A stretch of 64,000 nt of DNA from an uncultured delta proteobacterium. Lineage in GTDB: Bacteria > Myxococcota > Myxococcia > SLRQ01. The notes beneath the pieces were generated by a model that ran no database searches, was not told the DNA's origin, and saw nothing but the letters and a program-made list of their open reading frames with translations. The stretch is from the NCBI GenBank assembly GCA_963727485.1, contig CAVSGM010000002.1, positions 1,216,001-1,280,000 of the forward strand. Direction: 5' to 3'. Both the position numbers and the translations under genes were made by a program. Positions 51,038-60,102 of the stretch are shown piece after piece; position 1 is the first letter of the stretch; each line of letters starts with the position of its first letter.

Positions 51038-52881
51038 CAGCGGTCTCCCAGGGCCCGGTCGGTCTCGGGGCCGAGGCGGGCGAAGAGGTCCCGGGCGCCC
51101 TGGTCGGGGACCCGGACCTCGAGGATCGTGGCGCCGGTGGAGGACAGGGCCGCGGCCAGGGCCGCGGCCAGGGCGGCGCCGTCCTCGACCCGGACGTGGG
51201 CGAGGCCGAAGAGCGCGGCGGCGGCGTCGAAGTGGCGGCCGTGGGGCATGATCAGGTGGGGGCCGAGGGCGGCGGCGGCCTCGGGGCGGCCGGCGACCGG
51301 GAGCTGCTCGAAGATCCGCCCGCCGTCGTTGTGGACGACCACGAGGGCCAGGGCCGCCGGAAGGTCGGCGCAGCAGGCGAGGCCCCCGAGATCGTGGAGG
51401 AGGCTCTGGTCCCCGAGGAGCAGCGCGGTGGGCCGGCCGGTGGCCCGGGCCACCCCGGCGGCGCCGGCGACCAGGCCGTCGATGCCGTTGGCCCCGCGCT
51501 GGTGGAGGACCTGGATCGCCTCGCCCTCGAAGGCGAAGGCGTCGAGGGTGCGGATGGGGAGGCTGTTGCCCACCACCAGGCGCCCGCCGGCGGGGACGGC
51601 GCGGGCGGTGGCCCGAGCCACGGCGGCCTCGGTGAGGGGGCCGGCGGTCGCGGTGTCGGGATCGTCGGCGGCGAGGGCCCCGGCGACCGCCCGGGCGGCG
51701 GCGCCGGCCTCGGCCCAGGCCCGCGCCCAGGGATCGCCCTCGGGGCCGGCGGCCAGCCCCATCGTCTCCAGGGCCCGGGCCACGGCCCGGGCGGTGAGGG
51801 CGAGGTCCCCGTGGAGCACCGCCTCGGCGGTGTTCTCCGGGTCGGGCCACCCGGCGCGGGTGAGGACCCACCGAGACGCCCCCGGGTGCCGCGCCAGGTA
51901 GCGCGACCAGGTGCTCGAGACCGGCGGGGCCCCGAGCTGGATCACCAGGTCGGGCCCGTGGGCCGCGGAAAAGCCCGGGGCCCGGAGCAGCGCCTCGGCG
52001 GCGTCCACCCGGCCGGGGATCTCCACCCCGAAGCGCAGCTGGCTGGTGGCGTCGGCGAGGAGGGGGAAGCCGGTGGCCCGGGCGAGGGCGGCGGCGGCCT
52101 CCTGGAGCTCGGCGACCGCGGGCCCGGCGTCGCCGCCGGGGGCCAGGGCCCAGGGCCCCACCGGCCCGGCGACGATGAGGCCCCGCTCGGCCCGGCGGCA
52201 GGCGGCGGCGAGGGCGGCCACCCCCTCGGGGGCGGGCATCCGCCGGGCGGGGAAGGCCCAGGGCAGCCCGGCGTCGAGGATGGCGGCGGCCCGGGCGGCC
52301 ACCGCGGCGTCGTCGGCCCGGTCGGCCTCGGGGACGTCCACCGGCTCCAGGGGCTTGGCGAAGGGCGCGTCGAGGTGCACGGGACCGGGGACCTCGCCTC
52401 TGGCGGCGAACACCGCCCGGGCGATCCCGTGGCGCAGGCCCGTCAGGCCCGCCTCGCTCCCGTCGGGGAGGCCGAGGTCGAGGTAGAGGCGCACCGCCGA
52501 CCCGAAGAGCTTCTCCTGGTCGATGGTCTGGGGCGCCCCCCGCGCCCGCAGGGCGTAGGGCCGGTCGGCGGTGAGGACCACCAGGGGGATGGCGGCGAGG
52601 TCCGCCTCGATCACCGCCGGGTGGTAGTGGGCGGCGGCGGTCCCGGAGGTGCACACCACCGCCGCGGGCCTGCCGGTGGCCCGGGCCAGCCCCAGGGCGA
52701 GAAACCCGGCGGCGCGCTCGTCGAGGACGTCGTGGAGGAGAAGCCCCTCGGTCTCGGCGGCGGCGAGGACCAGGGGCGTCGACCGGCTCCCGGCGCTGAC
52801 CACCAGGTGGTGCACCCCGGCGTCGGCGAGGCACTGGAGCATCAGGCGCGACCAGGCCAGGTGGACGTTTGGCGCGGTCAC
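51037..52881 (-). CDS. menD: SEPHCHC synthase
   Basis: [71 protein letters not shown]. Confidence 0.95.
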   Translation of the reverse strand: MTAPNVHLAWSRLMLQCLADAGVHHLVVSAGSRSTPLVLAAAETEGLLLHDVLDERAAGFLALGLARATGRPAAVVCTSGTAAAHYHPAVIEADLAAIPLVVLTADRPYALRARGAPQTIDQEKLFGSAVRLYLDLGLPDGSEAGLTGLRHGIARAVFAARGEVPGPVHLDAPFAKPLEPVDVPEADRADDAAVAARAAAILDAGLPWAFPARRMPAPEGVAALAAACRRAERGLIVAGPVGPWALAPGGDAGPAVAELQEAAAALARATGFPLLADATSQLRFGVEIPGRVDAAEALLRAPGFSAAHGPDLVIQLGAPPVSSTWSRYLARHPGASRWVLTRAGWPDPENTAEAVLHGDLALTARAVARALETMGLAAGPEGDPWARAWAEAGAAARAVAGALAADDPDTATAGPLTEAAVARATARAVPAGGRLVVGNSLPIRTLDAFAFEGEAIQVLHQRGANGIDGLVAGAAGVARATGRPTALLLGDQSLLHDLGGLACCADLPAALALVVVHNDGGRIFEQLPVAGRPEAAAALGPHLIMPHGRHFDAAAALFGLAHVRVEDGAALAAALAAALSSTGATILEVRVPDQGARDLFARLGPETDRALGDR

Positions 52882-54257
52882 GCGACGATCCCCAGCGCCC
52901 GGAGGATGGAGCGCTGCTTCACCGAGGTCTCGGCGTACTCGGCGGCGGGGTCGGACGCGGCGACGATCCCGGCGCCGGCGTAGACGTGGGCGCGCCGGGC
53001 CTCGAGGACCCCGGACCGGATGGCCACGGCGAACTCCCCGTCGCCCCCGGCGTCGAACCACCCCACCGGCCCGGCGTACCACCCCCGGGGGTCGGGCTCG
53101 TGGGCGGCGATCCAGGCCACCGAGTCCTTCCGGGGCACCCCCCCCACCGCCGGGGTCGGGTGGACCGCGGCGACGAGGTCGAGGACGTGGACCGCCTCCC
53201 GGAGCACCCCGGTGAGCGGGGTGTGCAGGTGCATCACGTGGCGCAAGGTGAGCACCCGCGGGGCCCGCGGGACGGTGAGCGCCGTGCACCGGGCCCCGAG
53301 GACCTCGGCCAGGGCGTCGACGACGATGCGCTGCTCGCCCCGGTCCTTCTCGCTGCCGAGGAGGGCGGCCATGGCCTGCTCCTTGGCCCCGGGGCTCCCG
53401 GGGGGCACGGCGATGGAGCCGGCCAACGCGTCGGCGTCGACCCGGCTCCCCTGGCGGGCGATGAGGCGCTCGGGGGTGGCGCCGAGGAAGGTCGCGCCGC
53501 CCTGGCGGAAGGCGAAGCGGAAGCAGTCCGGGTGCTCGGCGGCGAGCCGCCCCAGGACGTCGGCGGGGGCCACCTCCACCGGGAGCGCCACCTCGCCCTT
53601 GAGGGCGGCGACGATCTTGGTGAAGCGCCCGGCGGCGATCTCGGCGCGGATGCCCTCGACCAGCTCGGCGAAGACCTCGGGGCCCGGGCGCCTCACCTCG
53701 GCCTCCCAGATCCCGTGGGGGGGCACCGGGCGGTCGGCCTCGAGGGCGGCGAGGAGGGCGTCCGCCTCGGCGAGGATCGCCGCCCGGTCCACGGTGGCGT
53801 CGAAGGCGAGCGAGAGGAAGGCGTGGCTGCGGGTGCGGTGGTAGCGCCACCTTGGGAGGACGAAGAGCCCGTCGCCGAAGCCGGTCCAGGGGGCGGCGTC
53901 GGCGCTCCCCGGGGCGAAGGCGAGGCCCCCGAAGAGGCGCGGGGCCGGGGCGTCGCCGAGGCGCCAGAGCTCGAGGCGGTCGAAGAGGGCCGCCGCCTGG
54001 GCCCGGAGGTCGTCGATGCGGCCTTTGCCGGAGACGGTGAGCCGCGCCGCCTCCCCGAGGCCCGCCGACGCCGGGCCCGACGGCGGATCCCAGAGGATCG
54101 CCGGGGCGCCGGGGCGCAGGTGGAGCAGGGTCTCGAGGTGGGCGAGCGGCGCCGGGACGCTCACCACCCGCAGGGCCCCCTGGGGAAGCGGCGCCTCGAG
54201 GGCCCGGGCGAGAACGCCCAGGGGCGCCTCGTCGCGGCGGGGCTCGGGGGCGGTCAT
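52878..54257 (-). CDS. menF: Isochorismate synthase
   Basis: KIVAA, FLGATPERL, ALAGS, SEKDRGEQ, HLHTP, HPTPAVGG, RGWYAGPVGW, AVAIRS, YAGAGIV. Confidence 0.93.
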   Translation of the reverse strand: MTAPEPRRDEAPLGVLARALEAPLPQGALRVVSVPAPLAHLETLLHLRPGAPAILWDPPSGPASAGLGEAARLTVSGKGRIDDLRAQAAALFDRLELWRLGDAPAPRLFGGLAFAPGSADAAPWTGFGDGLFVLPRWRYHRTRSHAFLSLAFDATVDRAAILAEADALLAALEADRPVPPHGIWEAEVRRPGPEVFAELVEGIRAEIAAGRFTKIVAALKGEVALPVEVAPADVLGRLAAEHPDCFRFAFRQGGATFLGATPERLIARQGSRVDADALAGSIAVPPGSPGAKEQAMAALLGSEKDRGEQRIVVDALAEVLGARCTALTVPRAPRVLTLRHVMHLHTPLTGVLREAVHVLDLVAAVHPTPAVGGVPRKDSVAWIAAHEPDPRGWYAGPVGWFDAGGDGEFAVAIRSGVLEARRAHVYAGAGIVAASDPAAEYAETSVKQRSILRALGIVA

Positions 54258-55006
54258 GCCGGCGCCCCCCCGGCGGCCGGCGTCCCCACGTAGAGGGTGC
54301 AGGCGCCGAAGGTCAGGGGCCGCACCGCCAACACCTCGAGCCCCGCCTCGGCCATGATCCCGGCGAAGGTCTCGGGGGCGGGGAAGCGGGCGATGGAGTC
54401 CTGGAGGTACTGGTACTCCCGGCGGCTGACCAGCAGCCCCCCGATCCGCGGGACCACCGAGTGGACCCAGAGGCGCGCCAGCGGCCCGAGGATCCCGGCC
54501 CGGGGCTCCCCGAGCTCGAGGATCGCCACCCGGCCGCCAGGACGGCACACCCGCGCCATCTCCCGGAGGGCGGCGGGGCGGTCGGGGACGTTGCGGATCC
54601 CGAAGGCGATGGTGACCCCGTCGAAGCGATCGGCGTCGTAGGGGAGCTTCTGGGCGTCGCCCTCGACGAGGCGCACCCGGCCGGCGAGGCCCGCGGCCTC
54701 GACCTTGCGCCGGCCCACCGCGAGCATCCCCCCCGAGGGATCGAGGCCCTCGACCCGCGACGACGGTTGACGGCGGGCGATGTCCAGGGCGAGGTCGCCG
54801 GTGCCGGTGGCGAGGTCGAGGACCTCGGCGCCGTCCTTGAGCTCCAGGGCGGCCACCGCGCGCCGGCGCCACCCCTTGTCGATCCCGAAGGAGAGGATGC
54901 GGTTGAGCAGGTCGTAGCGGTGGGCGATGCGGTCGAACATCTGGCCGCTCCCCGGCGCGGGGAGAGCGGCCTCCCGGCGATCGAGGGCCTTCTGGTCGCT
55001 GGTCAT
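54254..55006 (-). CDS. menG: Demethylmenaquinone methyltransferase (UbiE/MenG)
   Basis: MFDRIAHRYDLLNRILSFGIDKGWR, LDLATGTGD, GDAQKLP, AFGIRNV, YQYLQDSI. Confidence 0.93.
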   Translation of the reverse strand: MTSDQKALDRREAALPAPGSGQMFDRIAHRYDLLNRILSFGIDKGWRRRAVAALELKDGAEVLDLATGTGDLALDIARRQPSSRVEGLDPSGGMLAVGRRKVEAAGLAGRVRLVEGDAQKLPYDADRFDGVTIAFGIRNVPDRPAALREMARVCRPGGRVAILELGEPRAGILGPLARLWVHSVVPRIGGLLVSRREYQYLQDSIARFPAPETFAGIMAEAGLEVLAVRPLTFGACTLYVGTPAAGGAPA

Positions 55007-56025
55007 CGGGCGCCTCCGGCGGCCTGCCGCGGGGTGGCGGGGGCGGGGTCGAGGCTCCCCACCAGGGCCTCGAAGGCGTCGAGGGTCAGCGCCTGGGGGC
55101 CGTCGGAGAGGGCGGCGCCCGGGTCGGCGTGGACCTCGATGAGCAGGCCCGCGGCCCCGGCGGCGACGGCGGCCCGGGCCAGCGGCGCCACCAGGTCCCG
55201 GCGCCCGGCGCCGTGGGAGGGATTGGCGACGACCGGGAGGCCGTGGACCTCGGAGAGCAGCGCCACCGCCCCGAGATCGAGGACGTTCCGGGTCTCGGGG
55301 TCGAAGGAGCGGATGCCCCGCTCGCAGAAGATCACCGCCGGGCACCCGTGGAGGCGCAGGTACTCGCCGGCGAGCAGCCACTCCTCGACGGTGGCGCTCA
55401 TCCCCCGCTTGAGGAGGACGGGCCTGCCCGCGGCGCCGGCGGCGCGCAGCAGCGGGAAGCTCTGCATGCTCCTCGAGCCAATCTGGATCAGGTCGGCGTG
55501 CTCGGCGACCACCGGGACCTCCTCGGGGCTCATGGCCTCGGTGACCACCCCCAGGCCGTGGCGCAGGGCCGCGCGCTTCATCCACAGGAGGGCCTCGGCC
55601 CCGTGGCCCTGGAAGGCGTAGGGCGAGCTCCTGGGCTTGAAGGCGCCCCCGCGCAGGAGGCCCACCCCGAGGCGGGCGAGCCTGCCGGCGAGGGCGTCCA
55701 CCGAGGCCTCGGACTCCACCGAGCAGGGCCCGGCGAGGAGCACCGGGCGCTCGCCGGCGCCGATCTTCACCGGCCCCACCTCGACCACCTTCGGCTGGGC
55801 GTCGACCAGGGGATGCTGGGAGCCGGGCTGGGCCAGGTCCTCGACCCCGGGGATGGCGAGGACCTTCTCGGGGCTCACCGCGGCGGCGTGGGGCTCGACG
55901 CGGATCTGGGTGCGGTGGAGGCCGTCGGCGCGGACGGTCCACAGGCCCAGCGCCGAGAGGGCCCGGCGGACCGCGTCGGCGTCGGCGCCGGCCTCGACGG
56001 TGACGATCCAGCCGCCGGCGCTCAT
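55003..56025 (-). CDS. aroF: DAHP synthase, type I-beta, with N-terminal regulatory extension
   Basis: AGPCSVES, RGGAFKPRSSPYAFQG, QIGSRSMQ, LLKRG, CERGIR, PSH..G, EVH..P..ALSDG. Confidence 0.92.
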   Translation of the reverse strand: MSAGGWIVTVEAGADADAVRRALSALGLWTVRADGLHRTQIRVEPHAAAVSPEKVLAIPGVEDLAQPGSQHPLVDAQPKVVEVGPVKIGAGERPVLLAGPCSVESEASVDALAGRLARLGVGLLRGGAFKPRSSPYAFQGHGAEALLWMKRAALRHGLGVVTEAMSPEEVPVVAEHADLIQIGSRSMQSFPLLRAAGAAGRPVLLKRGMSATVEEWLLAGEYLRLHGCPAVIFCERGIRSFDPETRNVLDLGAVALLSEVHGLPVVANPSHGAGRRDLVAPLARAAVAAGAAGLLIEVHADPGAALSDGPQALTLDAFEALVGSLDPAPATPRQAAGGAR

Positions 56026-56987
56026 GACAGCCGCTCCACGGCGAGGTCGGCGACGGCGTGGAGCTGCGCGACCGCCTCGCCCTCCGGGAGGGCGCCCAGG
56101 GCCTCGTGGGCCCGGAGGACCAGGCGCCGGGCGGTGGCGGTGGCGGGCTCGGCGCCGTGGCGCTGGACCAGGAGGAGGGCCTCGGCGAGGTCGCCCTCGG
56201 CCTTGCGGGTGCCGAGGAGCACGTCCTGGAGCATGGCCCCGTCCCGCTGCTCCCGCAGCGCCCCGAGGGCGAGGAGCACCGGGAGGCTGGGGATGCCGGC
56301 GCGCAGGTCGGCGCCGGGCTCCTTGCCCAGGCGGACCTCGGTGGACAGGACGTCGAGGACGTCGTCGGCGACCTGGAAGGCGGTGCCCACCGCCTCGCCG
56401 TAGTCGGCCAGCGCCTTGCGGGTCTGGCGGTCGCCGCCGGCGGTCAGGGCCCCGAGCTCGGCGGCGGCGGAGAAGAGCGCCGCGGTCTTGGCCCGGGCGT
56501 AGACGAAGTAGGCGTCCTCGGTGACGTCGTCGCGCCGGGCGAGCTCGACCTCCATGGCCTCGCCCACCGCCACCCGCTCGGCGGCCGCGGCGAGGACCGC
56601 CATGGCGTCGACCCGCTCGCCCCCGGCGACCAGCGACAGGCACCGCGCCAGGAGCAGGTCCCCGCCGAGGACGGCCTCCTTGGGGCCGAAGCGCTTGTGG
56701 GCGGTGGTCTCGCCCCGGCGGAGGCTGGCGCCGTCGATGAGGTCGTCGTGGAGGAGCGTCGCGGTGTGGAGGTACTCGAGGGCCACCGCGTACCGGCGCC
56801 AGGCGTCGCTCGCCGGGTCCCCGCCGCAGGCGAGCCAGGAGAGGTAGACGATCTGAGGGCGCATCCGCTTGCCCCCGGCCTCGAGGGCGGTGCGGGCGAC
56901 CTCCCGGAGGACGCCCGGGGCGGGGCCGATATCGTCGAGGAGGCCCGACTCGAAGTCGTGGAGCGCGGTCTCTTGGGTTCCGTTCAC
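56022..56987 (-). CDS. ispB: Long-chain polyprenyl diphosphate synthase (IspB-like)
   Basis: GGKRMRP, HTATLLHDDLID (Ala at -5 of FARM, long-chain type), RRG, KTAALF, FQVADDVLD, GK..G.DL. Confidence 0.85.
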   Translation of the reverse strand: MNGTQETALHDFESGLLDDIGPAPGVLREVARTALEAGGKRMRPQIVYLSWLACGGDPASDAWRRYAVALEYLHTATLLHDDLIDGASLRRGETTAHKRFGPKEAVLGGDLLLARCLSLVAGGERVDAMAVLAAAAERVAVGEAMEVELARRDDVTEDAYFVYARAKTAALFSAAAELGALTAGGDRQTRKALADYGEAVGTAFQVADDVLDVLSTEVRLGKEPGADLRAGIPSLPVLLALGALREQRDGAMLQDVLLGTRKAEGDLAEALLLVQRHGAEPATATARRLVLRAHEALGALPEGEAVAQLHAVADLAVERLS

Positions 56988-57129
56988 GGCTCGGTACTCG
57001 CTGGCTGGAGGGTTCGCCGAGGGCCCAAGCAATGCCTGCGCCAGCCCGGGCGCAAGGCCGCGCTGGCCGCCTGGGGGGCGGATGCAGCGCGTCATCGCTC
57101 CGTCCGGGCCCGGTGGCCAGGGGCTTGGG

Positions 57130-57169
57130 TGTCAACGTGGGTGACAATCGGCCGTCAACGGCGTGGACA
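57130..57169. promoter_or_regulatory. Four helically phased TTGACA-like hexamers upstream of the men operon
   Basis: Minus-strand TTGACA (57130), TTGTCA (57142), TTGACG (57153) and TGTCCA (57164), at spacings of 12, 11 and 11 bp. Confidence 0.4.
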
Positions 57170-57465
57170 GCTGGCGGCCACGCGCCCGGTCGCGCTCAGC
57201 CCTGGAAGGTCACCTTCGCCCCGTGATAGCCGGCGCGGGCGACGATCCGGGTGCTGCCGCCGGGCCCCCGGGTGAGGCGGACCTCGGCGAGGGCCCCGGC
57301 GGGCGCCCGGGCCAGCCGGAAGAGGAGCGCCGCCCTCCTCCAGGGTGCGATCGATGCCTACGATCCAACCCGGGGGAGACGCGCCTGGATGCCGGGCGGT
57401 CGCGAGCCAGGGGGGGCGGCGCGGGGGAATCGTGTTCGACCCGGTTGCATCCATGGGTCGGCGTC

Positions 57466-57503
57466 CTATAGTCTTTGCACAACGTTCTAAACACATAGAA
57501 CCA
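57466..57503 (+). promoter_or_regulatory. AT-rich crt promoter/operator, possible CarA/CarH site
   Basis: TnnACA hexamers TGCACA (57476) and TAAACA (57488), plus inverted repeat GTTCTA-N6-TAGAAC (57484-57501), just before the crtI RBS. Confidence 0.5.
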
Positions 57504-57518
57504 ACCCAGGAGCAGACC

Positions 57519-59105
57519 ATGACCGCGCCCCGCGCCACCGTCCCCGCCCCCTCCGGGACCGCCCGTCCCCAGGCGGGGCCCACCCCCGTGCCCGGTGGCG
57601 GCGATCCGCGCCCCCACGCCGTGGTCATCGGCAGCGGCTTCGGGGGACTGGCCGCGGCGGTGCGCCTCGGGGCCCGGGGCTACCGGGTCACCGTCCTCGA
57701 GGCCCGGGACGCCCCCGGGGGCCGGGCCTACGTCTACAAGCAGGACGGGTTCACCTTCGACGGCGGCCCCACGGTGCTCACCGCCCCGTTCCTCTTCGAG
57801 GAGCTGTGGCAGCTCGCCGGCCGGCGCCTCGCCGACGACGTCACCCTCCTCCCGGTGGACCCCTTCTACCGGGTGCGCTTCCACGACGGCGCGGTCTTCG
57901 ACTACGTCGCCGACGACGACGGGCTGCGCCGGGAGATCGCCCGCTTCGCCCCCGGCGACGTCGACGGCTGGACCGACCTGGTGGAGATGAGCCGGCGCAT
58001 CTTCGACGTGGGCTTCACCAGGCTCGCCGACGCGCCCTTCTCCAAGGTCTCCGACATGCTGCGCATCGTCCCGACGATGATGCGCCTGAAGAGCTACCGC
58101 ACCGTCCACGGGCTGGTGTCGAGCTACGTGAAGGACGCGCGCCTGCGACAGGTGCTCTCCTTCCATCCCCTGCTCATCGGCGGGAACCCCTTCACCACCA
58201 CCTCCATCTACGCCCTCATCGAGTTCCTCGAGCGCCACTGGGGCGTCTGGTACCCCAAGGGGGGCACCGGGGCGCTCGTCGACGGCCTGGTGGACCTCGT
58301 CCGCGGCCAGGGGGGCGAGGTGCGCCTCGACGCGCCGGTGGCCCGCATCCTCACCCAGGGCGGCCGGGCCATCGGGGTGCGCCTGGACAGCGGCACCGAG
58401 CTCGCCGCCGAGGTGGTGGTCTCCAACGCCGACTCGGCCTTCACCTACACCCGCCTCCTCGGCCCCGAGGCGCGCCGCCGGTGGACCGACGCCCGCCTTC
58501 AGAAGGCCCGGTACTCCATGAGCCTCTTCGTCTGGTACTTCGGGACGAAGCGCCGCTACGAGGACGTGGCCCACCACACCATCCTCCTCGGGCCCCGCTA
58601 CCGGGGCCTCCTCGACGACATCTTCGAGAAGAAGGTCCTCGCCGACGACTTCAGCCTCTACCTCCACCGGCCCACCGCCACCGACCCGGCGCTGGCCCCC
58701 GACGGCTGCGACGGCTTCTACGTCCTCTCGCCGGTGCCCCACCTCGGCGGCGGCCAGGACTGGACGACACTCGCCGAGCCCTACCGCCGGAGGATCGCCC
58801 GCTACCTCTCGGAGACCGTGCTCCCGGGCCTCGAGGACGAGGTGGTCACCTCGCGTCTGCTCACCCCCCTGGGGTTCCGGGACGAGCTGCGCAGCGTGAA
58901 CGGCGCCGCCTTCGGCCTGGAGCCGGTGCTCACCCAGAGCGCCTGGTTCCGTCCCCACAACGTCTCCGAGGAGGTGGAGGGCCTCTACCTGGTGGGCGCC
59001 GGGACCCACCCCGGCGCCGGGATGCCCGGCGTCCTCTCCTCGGCCAAGATCCTCGACCGGGTGGTGCCCCATGCACGCGACCTCCCTCGTACCCGCGCCC
59101 TCTGA
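57519..59105 (+). CDS. crtI: Phytoene desaturase
   Basis: VIGSGFGGLAAAVRL, GFTFDGGPTVLT, PVDPFYR, HPLLIGGNPF, DFSLYLHRP, QSAWFRPHN, LVGAGTHPGAGMPGV. Confidence 0.96.
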   Translation: MTAPRATVPAPSGTARPQAGPTPVPGGGDPRPHAVVIGSGFGGLAAAVRLGARGYRVTVLEARDAPGGRAYVYKQDGFTFDGGPTVLTAPFLFEELWQLAGRRLADDVTLLPVDPFYRVRFHDGAVFDYVADDDGLRREIARFAPGDVDGWTDLVEMSRRIFDVGFTRLADAPFSKVSDMLRIVPTMMRLKSYRTVHGLVSSYVKDARLRQVLSFHPLLIGGNPFTTTSIYALIEFLERHWGVWYPKGGTGALVDGLVDLVRGQGGEVRLDAPVARILTQGGRAIGVRLDSGTELAAEVVVSNADSAFTYTRLLGPEARRRWTDARLQKARYSMSLFVWYFGTKRRYEDVAHHTILLGPRYRGLLDDIFEKKVLADDFSLYLHRPTATDPALAPDGCDGFYVLSPVPHLGGGQDWTTLAEPYRRRIARYLSETVLPGLEDEVVTSRLLTPLGFRDELRSVNGAAFGLEPVLTQSAWFRPHNVSEEVEGLYLVGAGTHPGAGMPGVLSSAKILDRVVPHARDLPRTRAL

Positions 59106-60102
59106 GGCGCTCGTCCGCCCGGACGCCGACGACCTGGTCGCCTGCCGGGAGATCCTCCGGGTCGGCTCCAAGAGCTTCTCGGCGGCCGCAAGGCTCCTGC
59201 CCAGGCGGCTGCGGGCCCCGGCGGCGGCGATCTACGCCTTCTGCCGGGTCGCCGACGACGCGGTGGACGCCGACGTCCACGGGGCCCTCGGGGGCGCCGG
59301 CCAGACCTTCGGCCCCGCCCCCGCCGCCCCGGCCCTGCCCCCGCTCTCGGCCCGGGCGCGCCTGGCCCTCCTCGACCGGCGCCTCGACGCCATCTTCGCG
59401 GGCACCCCCCGCCCGGACCCGGTGGACCGGGCCTTCGCCGAGGTGGTCGCCGCCACCTCGCTCCCCCGGGCGGTCCCCGACGCCCTCCTCGAGGGCTTCC
59501 TCTGGGACGTCGAGGGCCGGCGCTACGACGAGCTGACCCAGGTGGTCGCCTACGCGGTGCGCGCCGCCGGCACCGTGGGGGTGATGATCGCCCGGCTCCT
59601 CGGCGTCACCGACCCGGTGGTCCTGGCCCGGGCGGTGGACCTGGGCGTCGCCATGCAGCTGACCAACATCGCCCGGGACGTGGGCGAGGACGCCCGGGCC
59701 GGGCGGCTCTACCTGCCCCGGGCGTGGCTGGTCGCCGAGGGGGTCTGTCCCGAGGCCTTCCTCGCCGATCCCCGCCCGGACCCGGGGGTGGCCCGGGTGG
59801 TCCTCGCCCTCCTCGACGTCGCCGACGGCCTCTACGCCCGGGCCGACGCCGGGCTCGCCGCCCTCCCGGGGGACGCCCGCCCGGCGATGCGCGCGGCGCG
59901 CCTGGTCTACGCCGACATCGGCACCGTGATCCGCCGCCGGGGCGGGGAGACGGTGGCCCGCCGGGCCATGACCTCGGCGCCCCGGAAGCTCTGGCGCCTC
60001 CTCCAGGCCCTGGGGTCTCGGTTCTGGTCGCCCCGGCCCCTCGGCGACGCGGTGCTCCCCGAGGCGCGGTCGCTGGTGATCGCCGCCGGGACCGCCCGAT
60101 GA
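59071..60102 (+). CDS. crtB: Phytoene synthase
   Basis: GSKSFSAAARLLP, YAFCRVADDAVD, AGTVG, LGVAMQLTNIARDVGED..GRLYLP. Confidence 0.95.
   Translation: MHATSLVPAPSEALVRPDADDLVACREILRVGSKSFSAAARLLPRRLRAPAAAIYAFCRVADDAVDADVHGALGGAGQTFGPAPAAPALPPLSARARLALLDRRLDAIFAGTPRPDPVDRAFAEVVAATSLPRAVPDALLEGFLWDVEGRRYDELTQVVAYAVRAAGTVGVMIARLLGVTDPVVLARAVDLGVAMQLTNIARDVGEDARAGRLYLPRAWLVAEGVCPEAFLADPRPDPGVARVVLALLDVADGLYARADAGLAALPGDARPAMRAARLVYADIGTVIRRRGGETVARRAMTSAPRKLWRLLQALGSRFWSPRPLGDAVLPEARSLVIAAGTAR

Noticed and set aside
56022..56987. Prenyl synthase as CrtE (GGPP synthase)
   Set aside because: The HTATLLHDDLID FARM context is the long-chain IspB type, and the gene is coupled to the men operon.
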